Source of the DNA: an uncultured Solibacteraceae bacterium
Lineage (GTDB): Bacteria > Acidobacteriota > Terriglobia > Bryobacterales > Bryobacteraceae
Assembly: GCA_964406685.1 (NCBI GenBank)
Contig: CAYOTD010000001.1
Span: forward strand, 1 to 34,441
Length of the DNA: 34,441 bases
Direction of reading: 5' to 3'
Below the pieces are notes generated by a model, which worked only from the letters and a program-made list of their open reading frames with translations, was not told the origin of the DNA and searched no databases. The position numbers were made by a program, and so were the translations under genes. This document shows, one piece after another, positions 24,793-33,700 of this stretch (the first letter of the stretch is position 1; each line of letters starts with the position of its first letter).

Positions 24793-26913
24793 ATGCGGCG
24801 TCTGGTGTGGGCGGCTTGCCTGGCGGCGGCCTGCGGTTCGGCCCAGGAACGGCTCGACGTTGTGGGCAACCTGGGGCAGATGGCGACCGGCTACCTGACC
24901 GCCCTCGCCCAACGTCACTGGGAGCACCGCGCCGGGCGGGTGGAGCGGCTCCGGTCGCGCGCGGAGATTGAGGAGCGGCAGGCCTACATCCGCGCGCGCA
25001 TCCTGGAATCCCTCGGAGGTTTGCCGGAGAAGACTCCGCTGAAGGCGCGCCTCACGGGCACGCTCGCGCGGGACGGCTATCGCGTCGAGAAGGTGGTCTT
25101 CGAGAGCCAGCCCCGCTTCTACGTGCCCGCCAATGTGTACGTGCCCACGGGAGGGAAGCCTCCTTTCCCCGCCGTTCTGGGTACTTCCGGCCACTTCGCC
25201 AACGGCATCTACTCTTCGGTGCAGCAGCGAGTGTGGATCTCGCTGGCCAAGCGGGGCATCCTGGTGCTGGCATTCGATCCGCCGGGCCAGGGGGAACGCG
25301 TGCAGTACTACGATCCCGCGTTGGGCAAGTCCCGCGCCGGCATCGCCACCCAAGAGCACACTCTGGCGGGCATTCAGTGCCTGCTGACGGGCGCGAACCT
25401 GGCGCGCTACATCGTTTGGGACGGAATCCGCGCCATCGACTACCTGCTCACCAGGCCGGATGTCGATCCCAAGCGTCTGGGAGTGACCGGAGTGTCGGGA
25501 GGCGGCATGCAGACCGCCTACCTGGCGGCGGTCGAGCCGCGGCTGGCCGCGGCCGCTCCCTCCTGCTACATCACCCAGTGGCGGCAGCTCTGGGCGGGAA
25601 CCGGACCGCAGGATGCCGAACAGAACCTGGCGGGCCTGATCGCGGCGGAACTCGATTTCGCCGACTATCTGATCGCGTTTGCCCCGCGGCCCATGAAGGT
25701 GCTGACGGCCACGCGGGACTTCTTCCCCATCGAAGGCGCACGGGCGACGTTCGCCGAGGCGCGGCGCATCTACGAAGCGCTGGGCCAGCCCGAGGGGATC
25801 GAGTTCTTCGAGGCGGACACCACCCACGGCTGGCAGCTGCCGCGCCGCGAGGCCACCTACCGGTGGTTCGACCAGTGGCTGGCCGGCGCGGCCACGAGTT
25901 CTCCTGAGCCGTCCTTCGAAACAGAGCCGGAAGAGAACCTCCATGTGACCGCGACGGGGGTGGTTGCGACGTCGCTGGGCGGGGAGACCGTCCAGTCTCT
26001 CAGCCGCGCGGAGGCGGAGCGGATCTACCCGCGCCGGGGCGCGCTGCGCGCGAAGGACCCCGCCGCGCTGCGGCAGCTTGTCGCCGCGCGGCTGGGCATT
26101 TCCGGGGAACTGCCGGGGACGGTCAAGGCGACGGCCCACGGCGAGCTCGGCCGCGACGGCTACCGCATCGAGAAGCTGGCGCTGGATAGCGAGCCGGGAA
26201 TTGTGGTTCCCGCGCTGCTGCTGATTCCGTCGTCCGCCGGAGGCCGCCGGCCCGCGGTCCTCTACCTTAACTCCGAGGGGAAGTCGGCCGACGCCGGCCC
26301 GGGCGGGGACATGGAGGCGCTGGCGCGCGCCGGTTACATCGTGATGGCTCCGGACCCGCGCGGGTGGGGCGAGAGCGCGGACCCGCGCCAGGTGCACGTC
26401 TACCGGGGCCCGTGGCAGCTCTCCATGCGCGCCATCCTGTTGGGCAAGACGCTGCCGGGCATGCAGGTGACCGACGTGCTGCGGTGTGTCGATTACCTGG
26501 CCGCGCGGCCGGAGGTGGACGCCGGGCAAATCGCCGTGTTCGGGAAAGGCCACGGCGGTGTGCTGGCCCAGTTCGCCGCGGCGCTGGACCCGCGCATCCG
26601 GAAGGTAGCCGCCGAACGCGCGGTACTGTCCTACATGAGCATTGTCCGAGCCACGCTTCACGAGGACCTGGCGGATCTCATCGTGCCGGGCATCCTGCGC
26701 GATTTCGACCTGCCCGATCTTGCTCAGGCCATCCGCCCGCGCAAGCTGTGGCTGATGAGTCCGGTGAATCCTATCGGAGCGAGAAGGCCGCTTTCGGAGG
26801 CGGCGAAGGAATACGAGGCCGCCGGGCACCAGGCCTGGCCGGAGTTTCGAATCGCCACCCGCCCGGAGGGCTGGCCCTTCGAGCGCGTCTACCGCGACTG
26901 GCTTTCAGAGTAG
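24793..26913 (+). CDS. Secreted tandem alpha/beta-hydrolase (acetyl-xylan-esterase/Abhydrolase_7-like); the second module lacks the nucleophile Ser
   Basis: A GGAGG lies 5 nt upstream, and the start is 9 nt after the TBDR stop. Signal peptide MRRLVWAACLAAACGSAQ. Module 1: RDGYRVEK...PAVLGTSGH...GVTGVSGGG (Ser codon 25495..25497). Module 2: RDGYRIEK...PAVLYLNSEG...AVFGKGHGG (Gly codon 26548..26550 at the Ser position). Confidence 0.8.
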   Translation: MRRLVWAACLAAACGSAQERLDVVGNLGQMATGYLTALAQRHWEHRAGRVERLRSRAEIEERQAYIRARILESLGGLPEKTPLKARLTGTLARDGYRVEKVVFESQPRFYVPANVYVPTGGKPPFPAVLGTSGHFANGIYSSVQQRVWISLAKRGILVLAFDPPGQGERVQYYDPALGKSRAGIATQEHTLAGIQCLLTGANLARYIVWDGIRAIDYLLTRPDVDPKRLGVTGVSGGGMQTAYLAAVEPRLAAAAPSCYITQWRQLWAGTGPQDAEQNLAGLIAAELDFADYLIAFAPRPMKVLTATRDFFPIEGARATFAEARRIYEALGQPEGIEFFEADTTHGWQLPRREATYRWFDQWLAGAATSSPEPSFETEPEENLHVTATGVVATSLGGETVQSLSRAEAERIYPRRGALRAKDPAALRQLVAARLGISGELPGTVKATAHGELGRDGYRIEKLALDSEPGIVVPALLLIPSSAGGRRPAVLYLNSEGKSADAGPGGDMEALARAGYIVMAPDPRGWGESADPRQVHVYRGPWQLSMRAILLGKTLPGMQVTDVLRCVDYLAARPEVDAGQIAVFGKGHGGVLAQFAAALDPRIRKVAAERAVLSYMSIVRATLHEDLADLIVPGILRDFDLPDLAQAIRPRKLWLMSPVNPIGARRPLSEAAKEYEAAGHQAWPEFRIATRPEGWPFERVYRDWLSE

Positions 26914-26915
26914 CT

Positions 26916-26934
26916 CCGCCGGCGCTCGCGGCGG
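26916..26934 (+). terminator. GC-rich hairpin just after the hydrolase stop (weak terminator candidate, no T-tract)
   Basis: CCGCCG-GCGCTCG-CGGCGG, starting 3 nt after the stop at 26913. Confidence 0.2.
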
Positions 26935-26947
26935 CCCGCCGGTGATG

Positions 26948-26953
26948 TAGAAT
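26948..26953 (+). promoter_or_regulatory. -10-like TAGAAT 11 nt upstream of the mature 5' end of tRNA-Thr
   Basis: The sequence is gtgatgTAGAATaatagctgcgaGCCACCC. It is an AT-rich island in GC-rich DNA, with TG immediately upstream of the hexamer. Confidence 0.35.
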
Positions 26954-26964
26954 AATAGCTGCGA

Positions 26965-27040
26965 GCCACCCTAGCTCAGTTGGTAGAGCGGCTGATTCGT
27001 AATCAGCAGGTCGCCGGTTCAACCCCGGCGGGTGGCTCCA
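26965..27040 (+). tRNA. tRNA-Thr (anticodon CGT), CCA encoded
   Basis: Hand-folded cloverleaf: acceptor GCCACCC/GGGTGGC, D stem GCTC/GAGC, anticodon stem GCTGA/TCAGC with loop TTCGTAA, T stem GCCGG/CCGGC with loop TTCAACC, discriminator T, 3' CCA. Total 76 nt. Confidence 0.92.
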
Positions 27041-27075
27041 TCCTACCTTGATCCGGCCGACCGCTTACGATCGCG

Positions 27076-30000
27076 TCAGAACTCGATGCGGAGACCCAAT
27101 AGCACGCGGCGCGGCCCGAAATCGCCGGCGGTTAGCAGGCTGAGAATGCGGCCGTAGTTCACGTTGTTCAGGTCGGTGATCGGGTTGCCGAAGTTGGGGT
27201 GGTTCAGCAGGTTGGTCACCTGGGTCTGGAGGCGCATGCGGACTCGTTCTCTGTAGGAGAACTCCTTGAACATGCCCGCGTTCAGGGCGATGAGGCCCGG
27301 CCCGGCGATGGTGCCTTTGCCGGCGTTGCCCCAACGGCCGGGATAGATTCCGCCCGGATGGGTGGGGTCGCCGGGCGCGGCCACGATCTTCAGGTTGGCC
27401 GTGGTGAAGGCGCTGGTGTTGAACCACTGCTGCGGCGTCTTGGGCCCGCTGTTAGGATCCTGGCCGTCGACCACATCGGGCGGCTCCGCGCTGTAGCAAT
27501 AGACGCCCGAGCCGCAGTATCCGGAGTACGTGGCGGAGAGGTGCTGCCCCGTCTGCAACGTGGTGATGTTGGAAAGCGACCACCCGCCCACGATCGCGTC
27601 CGCGAGACGATTCAGGGACGATCCCACGGCGCGACCGCGTCCCACCGGCAGCGCCCAGACGATGTTGGTCGTGAAGCGATGGTAAGGGATGGCCTGCATG
27701 GGGCCGCGCTGGTAACGGGCATTGAAACGGTTGTCCGTGCGTCCGGAGGTCTCGTTGGTGAAGTTGCTGGCGCCGCTGCCGAAGGCCTCCACGTTTGACA
27801 CCGCCTTGGCGAGCTTGTAGGTCAAAGTGTGGTTGAGGCCCCAGCGCCGGGCCAGGCCCTTGTACTGCACGGTCAGGTCGTTGTAGTTGGCGGTCCCGCC
27901 GTTGTCGCGGGTGTTGATGCGCCGCCAGTTGCTATAGGGGCGGGGATCGGCGATCCCGAGGGTGGGCTTGACGACGACCGCGGAGCCGTCGGCGGAGGTC
28001 ATGAACATGTTGTTGTAGCCGATGGTGTTCGGCTGAATCTGGTTCAGGTCCGGCGCGAGGGTGAGTCCGATGCTGTGGTAGCCGGTGTAGGAGATCCGCA
28101 GGGCGTGTTCCGGGGCGAGTTGCTGCTCGATGGTGAAGCTCCACTGCTGGGTGTAGGGATCGCGATAGTTCGGGTCGTTGGCGGTGGAGAAGTTCTGGCT
28201 GCCGGCCGCCGCCGCCACGCTTTTGACCTGGCCGGTGTAGGTGTTCGGCCAGACATAACCGAACGTGCGGGTGGCGGAATCGAAGGTATTCACAAACGAG
28301 ACGTTGTCCGAGGTGTGAATCTGGCTCAGGGAGTTGAAGATCGCGCCCAGCACGCGGACATAGTAAACGCCGTAGCCGCCGCGTAGAACCAGGCGGTCGG
28401 TTCTGAGCGGGCGCCACGCCAGGCCGAAGCGGGGCGCGAAGTTGTTCCGGTCGGGGTTGCGCAACGAGGTGGGCAGCCCGACCTGGTCGGCGGTGTAGAT
28501 CTTGGCGGTCCCGACGCCCTGCGTGAACGCGGGCTTGGCGAGGGCGAGCGAAGCCTGGTCCGGCACCACGACGTCGCCGTTCTTAGTATCCCGCAGGAAA
28601 TTCGTGATGTTACCTTCCGTGTCGTGGAAGGGGAGGAACAGGTCGTAGCGCAGGCCCAGGTTCATGGTCAGGGACCGGGACACGCGCCAGTCGTCCTGGA
28701 AGAAGAAGCCGTGATGCCAGGTGTTGGCATTGATGCTGGGGCCCGAAGCGGTTTGATTGCTCTCGGTGGGGATGCCCAGCAGGAAGTTGGCGACGGCGCT
28801 GGAGGTACCCCCGGCCAGGCCGGAGGTGAAGCTGTAGGTGCCAAAATCGTCCGCGCCGGTGAAGTTGCCTTCCGAAGCCCAGCGCATGCGGCGCGAATCG
28901 AAACCGGCTTTGAACGTGTGCCGGCCGGTGCTGTAGGTCAGGTTGTCCGAGAACTGGACGTTGCGCTGGATCGGGGAATCCGGCTGCGAGACCCCGAAGC
29001 GAGTGTAGCCGGTGATCGAGATGTACGGCGTTCCGGTGGTATCCGGCAAGCTCGATACATAAGGCTTCAGCCCCAGGTCCGCGATCACCTCGGCGCCTTT
29101 CACGCCGGTGACCGGCGTCCGGTCGAAATCGGCGCGCGTCATTCCGAAGCGGAACTCGTTGAGGATGTTGGGACGGATCGAGTAGGAATCCGCGACGACC
29201 AGGTTGCGGGACCGGGTGCGCGTCAACAGCGGACTGGTGGCGGCGTAGTTGTCCGCCGTCTGGGCGTCGGTGTTCTTCCAGCTCCAGCGGGCGAACATCC
29301 AATGCCCGCTGGTGAAGTTGTGATCCACGCGCAGATCGTACTGGTTGGATTCGGTAGCGGTGGGGAAGGAGTAGCGGTAGAGGTTGACGTCCTGGGTCGC
29401 GGCGGGAATGTACTTGTCCAGCACCTTCTGGCTCACCGGGTTGATGGGGACCACGTACTGGCCCCTCGCGTTGGTGGGGAACGGCGCGCCCGTGTAGGGG
29501 TTGATCACCGGCGTCTTGCTGGTGATCAGCCCTTTGCGCTCGTCGTCGGAGGGCACTGTGGCGCCCGCCACCGTGTTGCTGTAGATCGTCAGCCTTTCGT
29601 AATCGGCGAAGAAGAACGTCTTGTCCCTGCCTTTGTACACGCCCGGGATCAGCACCGGGCCGCCCAGGCTGCCGCCCACGTCGTTGTTCACGCGCCGGGG
29701 AGCGGTGATGTTGGGGGTGAAGTAGTTGGCGTTGGCATTCAGCGCGTTGCCGTTGTAGTTCCATAGCGCGGAGCCGTGGAACTGGTTGGTGCCCGAGCGC
29801 GTGACGGTGGTCAGGTCGCCCATCTGGGCGAACTCGGCGCTGTTGCTGACGGAGCTGACGCGCACCTCGCGGATGCCTTCCATGGAGGGAAAGACGTTGT
29901 AAGCTCCGCCGACCTTACCGCTCTCGCCGCTGGAAACCCCGTTGTCCCGCACGCTGTTGGTCATGATGCCGTCGACCGAAATCTCGTTCTGGTAGGCCAT

Positions 30001-30570
30001 GCCGCCGGACAGCGAGAACTGGTCTTCGTTGCTGCCGAACTGGACCTCGGGCAGGATCCGGATGGAGGGCAGCACCGACGTGTTCTCGGTGCGGTAGTTG
30101 TAGGGAAGCTCCTGCAAGTCCTTGGAGGTGACGGCGCTGGCCACCGTCGGGTTGTCCGCGTTGACCATGGGCGCGGTCACGGTGATGCTGGAGCTGACTC
30201 CGGCCGGCGCCAGTTGCACATCCTGGCGGACGGCGGCGCGCGCTTCCACGGTGAAGTCCGGCGTCTTGGCGGGCTCGAAACCCGAGGACCGGACCTCCAC
30301 CCGGTAGCGCCCCGCCACCAGGTTCGGGAACTCGAAGACGCCGTTATCGCGCGTGCGGGCGGTCCGCTTCACGTTCGTGTCAGTGGCGGTCAATACGACC
30401 TCGGCGTCAACCACCACACTTCCGGAACTGTCGAAGACGGTTCCGATCACAGAACCGAACGTGGATTGCGACCACGCGGGGGAAATCGTTACGGTCAGCG
30501 CCATCAGCAGGATGAACGCAATTGGCAGGGTGCGAGACTTGCGGAAGACAGTCCCAACCTCAGTCGGCAT
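27076..30570 (-). CDS. TonB-dependent receptor with carboxypeptidase-regulatory-like domain (paralogue 2)
   Basis: 1164-aa ORF with GGAGG 6 nt upstream. Signal peptide ...LLMALTVTISPAWSQ. CarboxypepD_reg pattern GTVFDSSGSVV...RDNGVFEF...YRVEVRSSGFE. C-terminal ...LRIEF. Confidence 0.9.
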   Translation of the reverse strand: MPTEVGTVFRKSRTLPIAFILLMALTVTISPAWSQSTFGSVIGTVFDSSGSVVVDAEVVLTATDTNVKRTARTRDNGVFEFPNLVAGRYRVEVRSSGFEPAKTPDFTVEARAAVRQDVQLAPAGVSSSITVTAPMVNADNPTVASAVTSKDLQELPYNYRTENTSVLPSIRILPEVQFGSNEDQFSLSGGMAYQNEISVDGIMTNSVRDNGVSSGESGKVGGAYNVFPSMEGIREVRVSSVSNSAEFAQMGDLTTVTRSGTNQFHGSALWNYNGNALNANANYFTPNITAPRRVNNDVGGSLGGPVLIPGVYKGRDKTFFFADYERLTIYSNTVAGATVPSDDERKGLITSKTPVINPYTGAPFPTNARGQYVVPINPVSQKVLDKYIPAATQDVNLYRYSFPTATESNQYDLRVDHNFTSGHWMFARWSWKNTDAQTADNYAATSPLLTRTRSRNLVVADSYSIRPNILNEFRFGMTRADFDRTPVTGVKGAEVIADLGLKPYVSSLPDTTGTPYISITGYTRFGVSQPDSPIQRNVQFSDNLTYSTGRHTFKAGFDSRRMRWASEGNFTGADDFGTYSFTSGLAGGTSSAVANFLLGIPTESNQTASGPSINANTWHHGFFFQDDWRVSRSLTMNLGLRYDLFLPFHDTEGNITNFLRDTKNGDVVVPDQASLALAKPAFTQGVGTAKIYTADQVGLPTSLRNPDRNNFAPRFGLAWRPLRTDRLVLRGGYGVYYVRVLGAIFNSLSQIHTSDNVSFVNTFDSATRTFGYVWPNTYTGQVKSVAAAAGSQNFSTANDPNYRDPYTQQWSFTIEQQLAPEHALRISYTGYHSIGLTLAPDLNQIQPNTIGYNNMFMTSADGSAVVVKPTLGIADPRPYSNWRRINTRDNGGTANYNDLTVQYKGLARRWGLNHTLTYKLAKAVSNVEAFGSGASNFTNETSGRTDNRFNARYQRGPMQAIPYHRFTTNIVWALPVGRGRAVGSSLNRLADAIVGGWSLSNITTLQTGQHLSATYSGYCGSGVYCYSAEPPDVVDGQDPNSGPKTPQQWFNTSAFTTANLKIVAAPGDPTHPGGIYPGRWGNAGKGTIAGPGLIALNAGMFKEFSYRERVRMRLQTQVTNLLNHPNFGNPITDLNNVNYGRILSLLTAGDFGPRRVLLGLRIEF

Positions 30571-30586
30571 TCGCGACCTCCTTCTT

Positions 30587-30678
30587 ACACCAGATCATTG
30601 TGTTCGATATTGCATAACTAGTCAATAGAATCTTTGAATCGGGCAATTCGTGTGACCGAATATTACATTCCGGTTAAC
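30587..30678 (-). repeat. Copy A of a ~92-nt conserved upstream module (upstream of TBDR paralogue 2)
   Basis: Aligns without gaps to 34085..34176, with 67 of 92 positions identical by my hand alignment. This includes a 22-nt identical block acaccagatcattgtgttcgat (30587..30608 and 34085..34106). Confidence 0.85.
30597..30625 (-). promoter_or_regulatory. Candidate sigma70-type promoter of TBDR paralogue 2: TTGACT-N17-CACAAT
   Basis: On the reverse strand, TTGACT is at 30625..30620 and CACAAT at 30602..30597, with a 17-nt spacer. The predicted TSS is near 30590, giving a ~20-nt leader that carries GGAGG. Confidence 0.45.
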
Positions 30679-30703
30679 AAGAGCTCAGTTAAGGGGTCCC
30701 GGA

Positions 30704-33700
30704 CTAGAACTCGAAGCGGGCGGAAAGCTCGAGGGTGCGGGCGCCGGCGCCTTCGCCCGACAGCGTGCTGGTGATGCGCCCGACCGAGGAAGTACTCGAT
30801 ATGTTGGCGGACGGGTTGGCGAAATTCGGATGGTTGGCGAGGTTCTGGAAGGTCCCCATCAGCCGGAAGCTGCGCTTCTCATCCAGCCGGATGCGCTTGG
30901 ACAGACCACCGCTCCAGACCGCCATGCCGGGTCCCTGGAGGATGTAGGGGGCCGAGGTGCCGAAGCGGCCGGCGTTGCGCGGCACAGCCACGAAGGCCGA
31001 GGCGTCGAACCAGCGGACGATGGTACGCTCGCCGGCCGGCAGGTTGCCGTCGCGGATGCGGTCGGGGCGGAAGGTGCTGGTCCGGGTGGTGCCGTTGGTG
31101 TTGGCCGGATCGTAGCCCGAAAAGGTCGGCGTGAACCAGTAGCCGCTTTGGAACAGGAGGATTCCAGACAAATCCCATCCGCCGATGATGGCGTCGGCCC
31201 ACCGGGGCGCCTGACCGAGCGCGGCGCGGCCGCGGCCCACCGGGATCTCGTAGACCCACAGGGTCAGCCACCGCAGCGGCCGGGCATACTCGACGTTGGA
31301 GTACTCGCGTGTGCGGTCGTAGCTGTTCTCGATCAGCGAACCGCCCTCGTTGCCGTCGCCACCGTTGCTCAGGTTACGCGTCCAGGCGAAGCTGGACTGC
31401 ACCGAGAGGCCGCGGCTCATCCGCCGGTCGAACTCGGCCTGGAAGGAGTGGAACTTGGCGGTCTGCCCGTTCACGCGGCAGAAAATGGTGTTCCACAGTG
31501 GGAACGGGGCCCGGGACTTCTCAAAGGGGGTCGTGGACGGCCAGGGTTGGTTGTAGTCCCACTGCTGCACCAGTTTCACCGACCGCGAGCCGATGTAGCT
31601 CAGCCGCACACCGGTGTTGGCGAGGATCTCGCGCTCGAGAGTAAAGTGCCACTGGGCCGTGTACGGGTTGCGCATGTCGATCTGCACGGCGCTGCGGAAG
31701 TCGGCCACGCCGGTGACGATGGTGTCGGGGAAGGCGCGCGGGAACGACAGGTACGGCACGCCGCCGCTGACCTTGTTGCTGAAGGTCTCGGTGGAGGCGG
31801 TGTGGATGTTGCGCGTGGAGCCGAACACCGAGCCGATCAGGTCGTTGACGAAGATGCCGAATCCGCCGCGAGCCACCGTGCGGTTGTCGCGGAAGGGCCG
31901 GAAGGCGAAGCCCAGGCGCGGCGCGAAGTTGTTCAGGTCCTTCTTGCGCAGCGACTCGGGCAGACCGGCCGCGGAGGCCGTCACGATGGGCGTGTCGCCG
32001 ATGGTGGCGCGGAACACCGGTTCGGTCGCGTCGATCCCTTTGGTGGGCACAACCACCCGGCCGTTGGCGTGGTCGAAGTTGGAGATGTAGCCGAAACGGT
32101 CGCGGAAGGGCGGATGATACTCGTAGCGCAGGCCGTAGTTGAAGGTCAGCCGGGGGGAGACCTTCCAGTCGTCCTGCCAGAAGAAGCTCCAGTTGCGCGT
32201 GAATCCTTCCGCCCGGCGGCGGGCGATGATGCGCTGGGTGGTGGTGGGCACGCCCAGCAGGAAATCGCCGTAGGCGTTGCCGGTATAGCTGTTGTTGAAA
32301 GTGAAGTTGCCGAACATACCGGCGCCGCTGACGTTGGTGATGTTGGTGACCCGGAGCAGACGCACGCCGGCGCCCCACTTCATGGTATGCGCGCCTCTGG
32401 TGTACGTCATGTGCTCCTGGAACTCGCCGGTTCCGCTGAACTCGTTGTCAAAAGACGCCTGCGACAGCGTGGTGAAGCCGGTGATGGAGATCTGCGGGAA
32501 CCCCGGCCGGTCGGGCAGATCGGCCGCCAGCCCCTGGATGCCCAGTTGCCGTATGATCTCCGGCCCGTTGAAGGGGCCTTCGACACGCCGCCATACCCTT
32601 GAGAAGCCGGCGCGGAACTCGTTGATCAGGTTAGGCGTCAGCGTGTAGCTGTCCGAGAAGACCAGCATCCGCACATGCGGCGTCTGACGGCTGGGGCCGA
32701 TGGTGGGCAGGGAGAAGTTCGAGGTGCCGTTTTGCAGGTTCTTGAAGCTGAAGCGCGTGTAGACGAAGTGCTTGGGAGTGAAGTAGTGGTCCAGCCGGAT
32801 GTCGAACTGGTCCGACTTGATGCGCGCCGGGAACGAACCGCGATAGTTGGCCGATAGCAGCGTCTCCGGGCCGTAGTTCGGCGCGGGGTAGAATTCCTGG
32901 AGCTTCAGCGAGGTGGCGCTGAGCCGGCTGGCCGGAATGACGTTGCCCGGGAAGGGCGTGCCGGTCAGGTCCTTGAGCGTCAGCCCCGATACCTGCGAGA
33001 AATCGCCCCTCCGCAGGGCCAGGGACGGGACCGTGGGCGACAGCACCGCCTTGGCCGTGTTGCGGTTGGCCTCGTAGTCGATGAAGAAGAAAGTACGATT
33101 GCGTCCGTTGTAGCCGGGCACGATCAGCGGGCCGCCCAGGCTTCCGCCAAACGTGTTGGCCACCTTGAACGGAACCGAAGTGGAGAAGAAGTTGCGCGCG
33201 TCGAAGGCGCCGTTCTGGTGGTACTCGAACAGGCTGCCGTGGAACTGGTTTTCGCCGGACTTGGAGATGGTGTCGACGTTGGCCGCGCCCTGGAACTCGG
33301 CGCCGCTGGCCACCGAGCTGATGCGGATCTCACGGACGTTTTCGGCCGAGGGGAACGTCTCGGCCGGCACGTCGTGGTTGCGCATACCGAGGGTCGAAAT
33401 GCCGTCGACCGATACTTCGTTCTGCGACTGGCGGCTGCCGGAAACGGAGAAGTTATTCTGGCTCGAACCGCGGATCTGCACGCCGGGCGAGAGGGCGATG
33501 AAATTGACCAGGCTGGTGTTGCCGGCGCGAAAGGCCACCGGCAGCGACAGGATATCGCGCTGGGTGCGCGCATCGTCGATGGTAGCGGTCTCGGTGGAGA
33601 TCACCGGCGAGCCGGCCGTCACGGTCACCTCCGCCTGCGTGGTTCCCACCTCCAGGCGCGCGTCCACGCGCACCACTTGGCGTGCGTTCAACTCGGTCCC

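Noticed and set aside
21148-26829. A 1893-aa ORF on the minus strand, antisense to the TBDR and the tandem hydrolase.
   Set aside because: Same reasoning as above. It has shadow-ORF composition (R, G, A, P, V, H runs), and the plus-strand genes carry signal peptides, SDs and family motifs.
30671-30695. GTTAAC-N8-AGTTAAG at this position and AGTTAAG-N7-GTTAAC at 21095..21116 looked like a shared motif pair.
   Set aside because: The motifs are short and AT-rich, confined to the AT-richer intergenic DNA. Relative to the downstream gene the orientation is inconsistent, and the pair is absent from the third TBDR upstream region.
30660-30703. Looked for a rho-independent terminator between the tandem TBDR genes, and also after speA, the hydrolase and the MFS operon.
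   Set aside because: No stable stem followed by a T-tract was found. Only weak AT-rich or GC-only stems are present, so none was called apart from the low-confidence hairpins listed.
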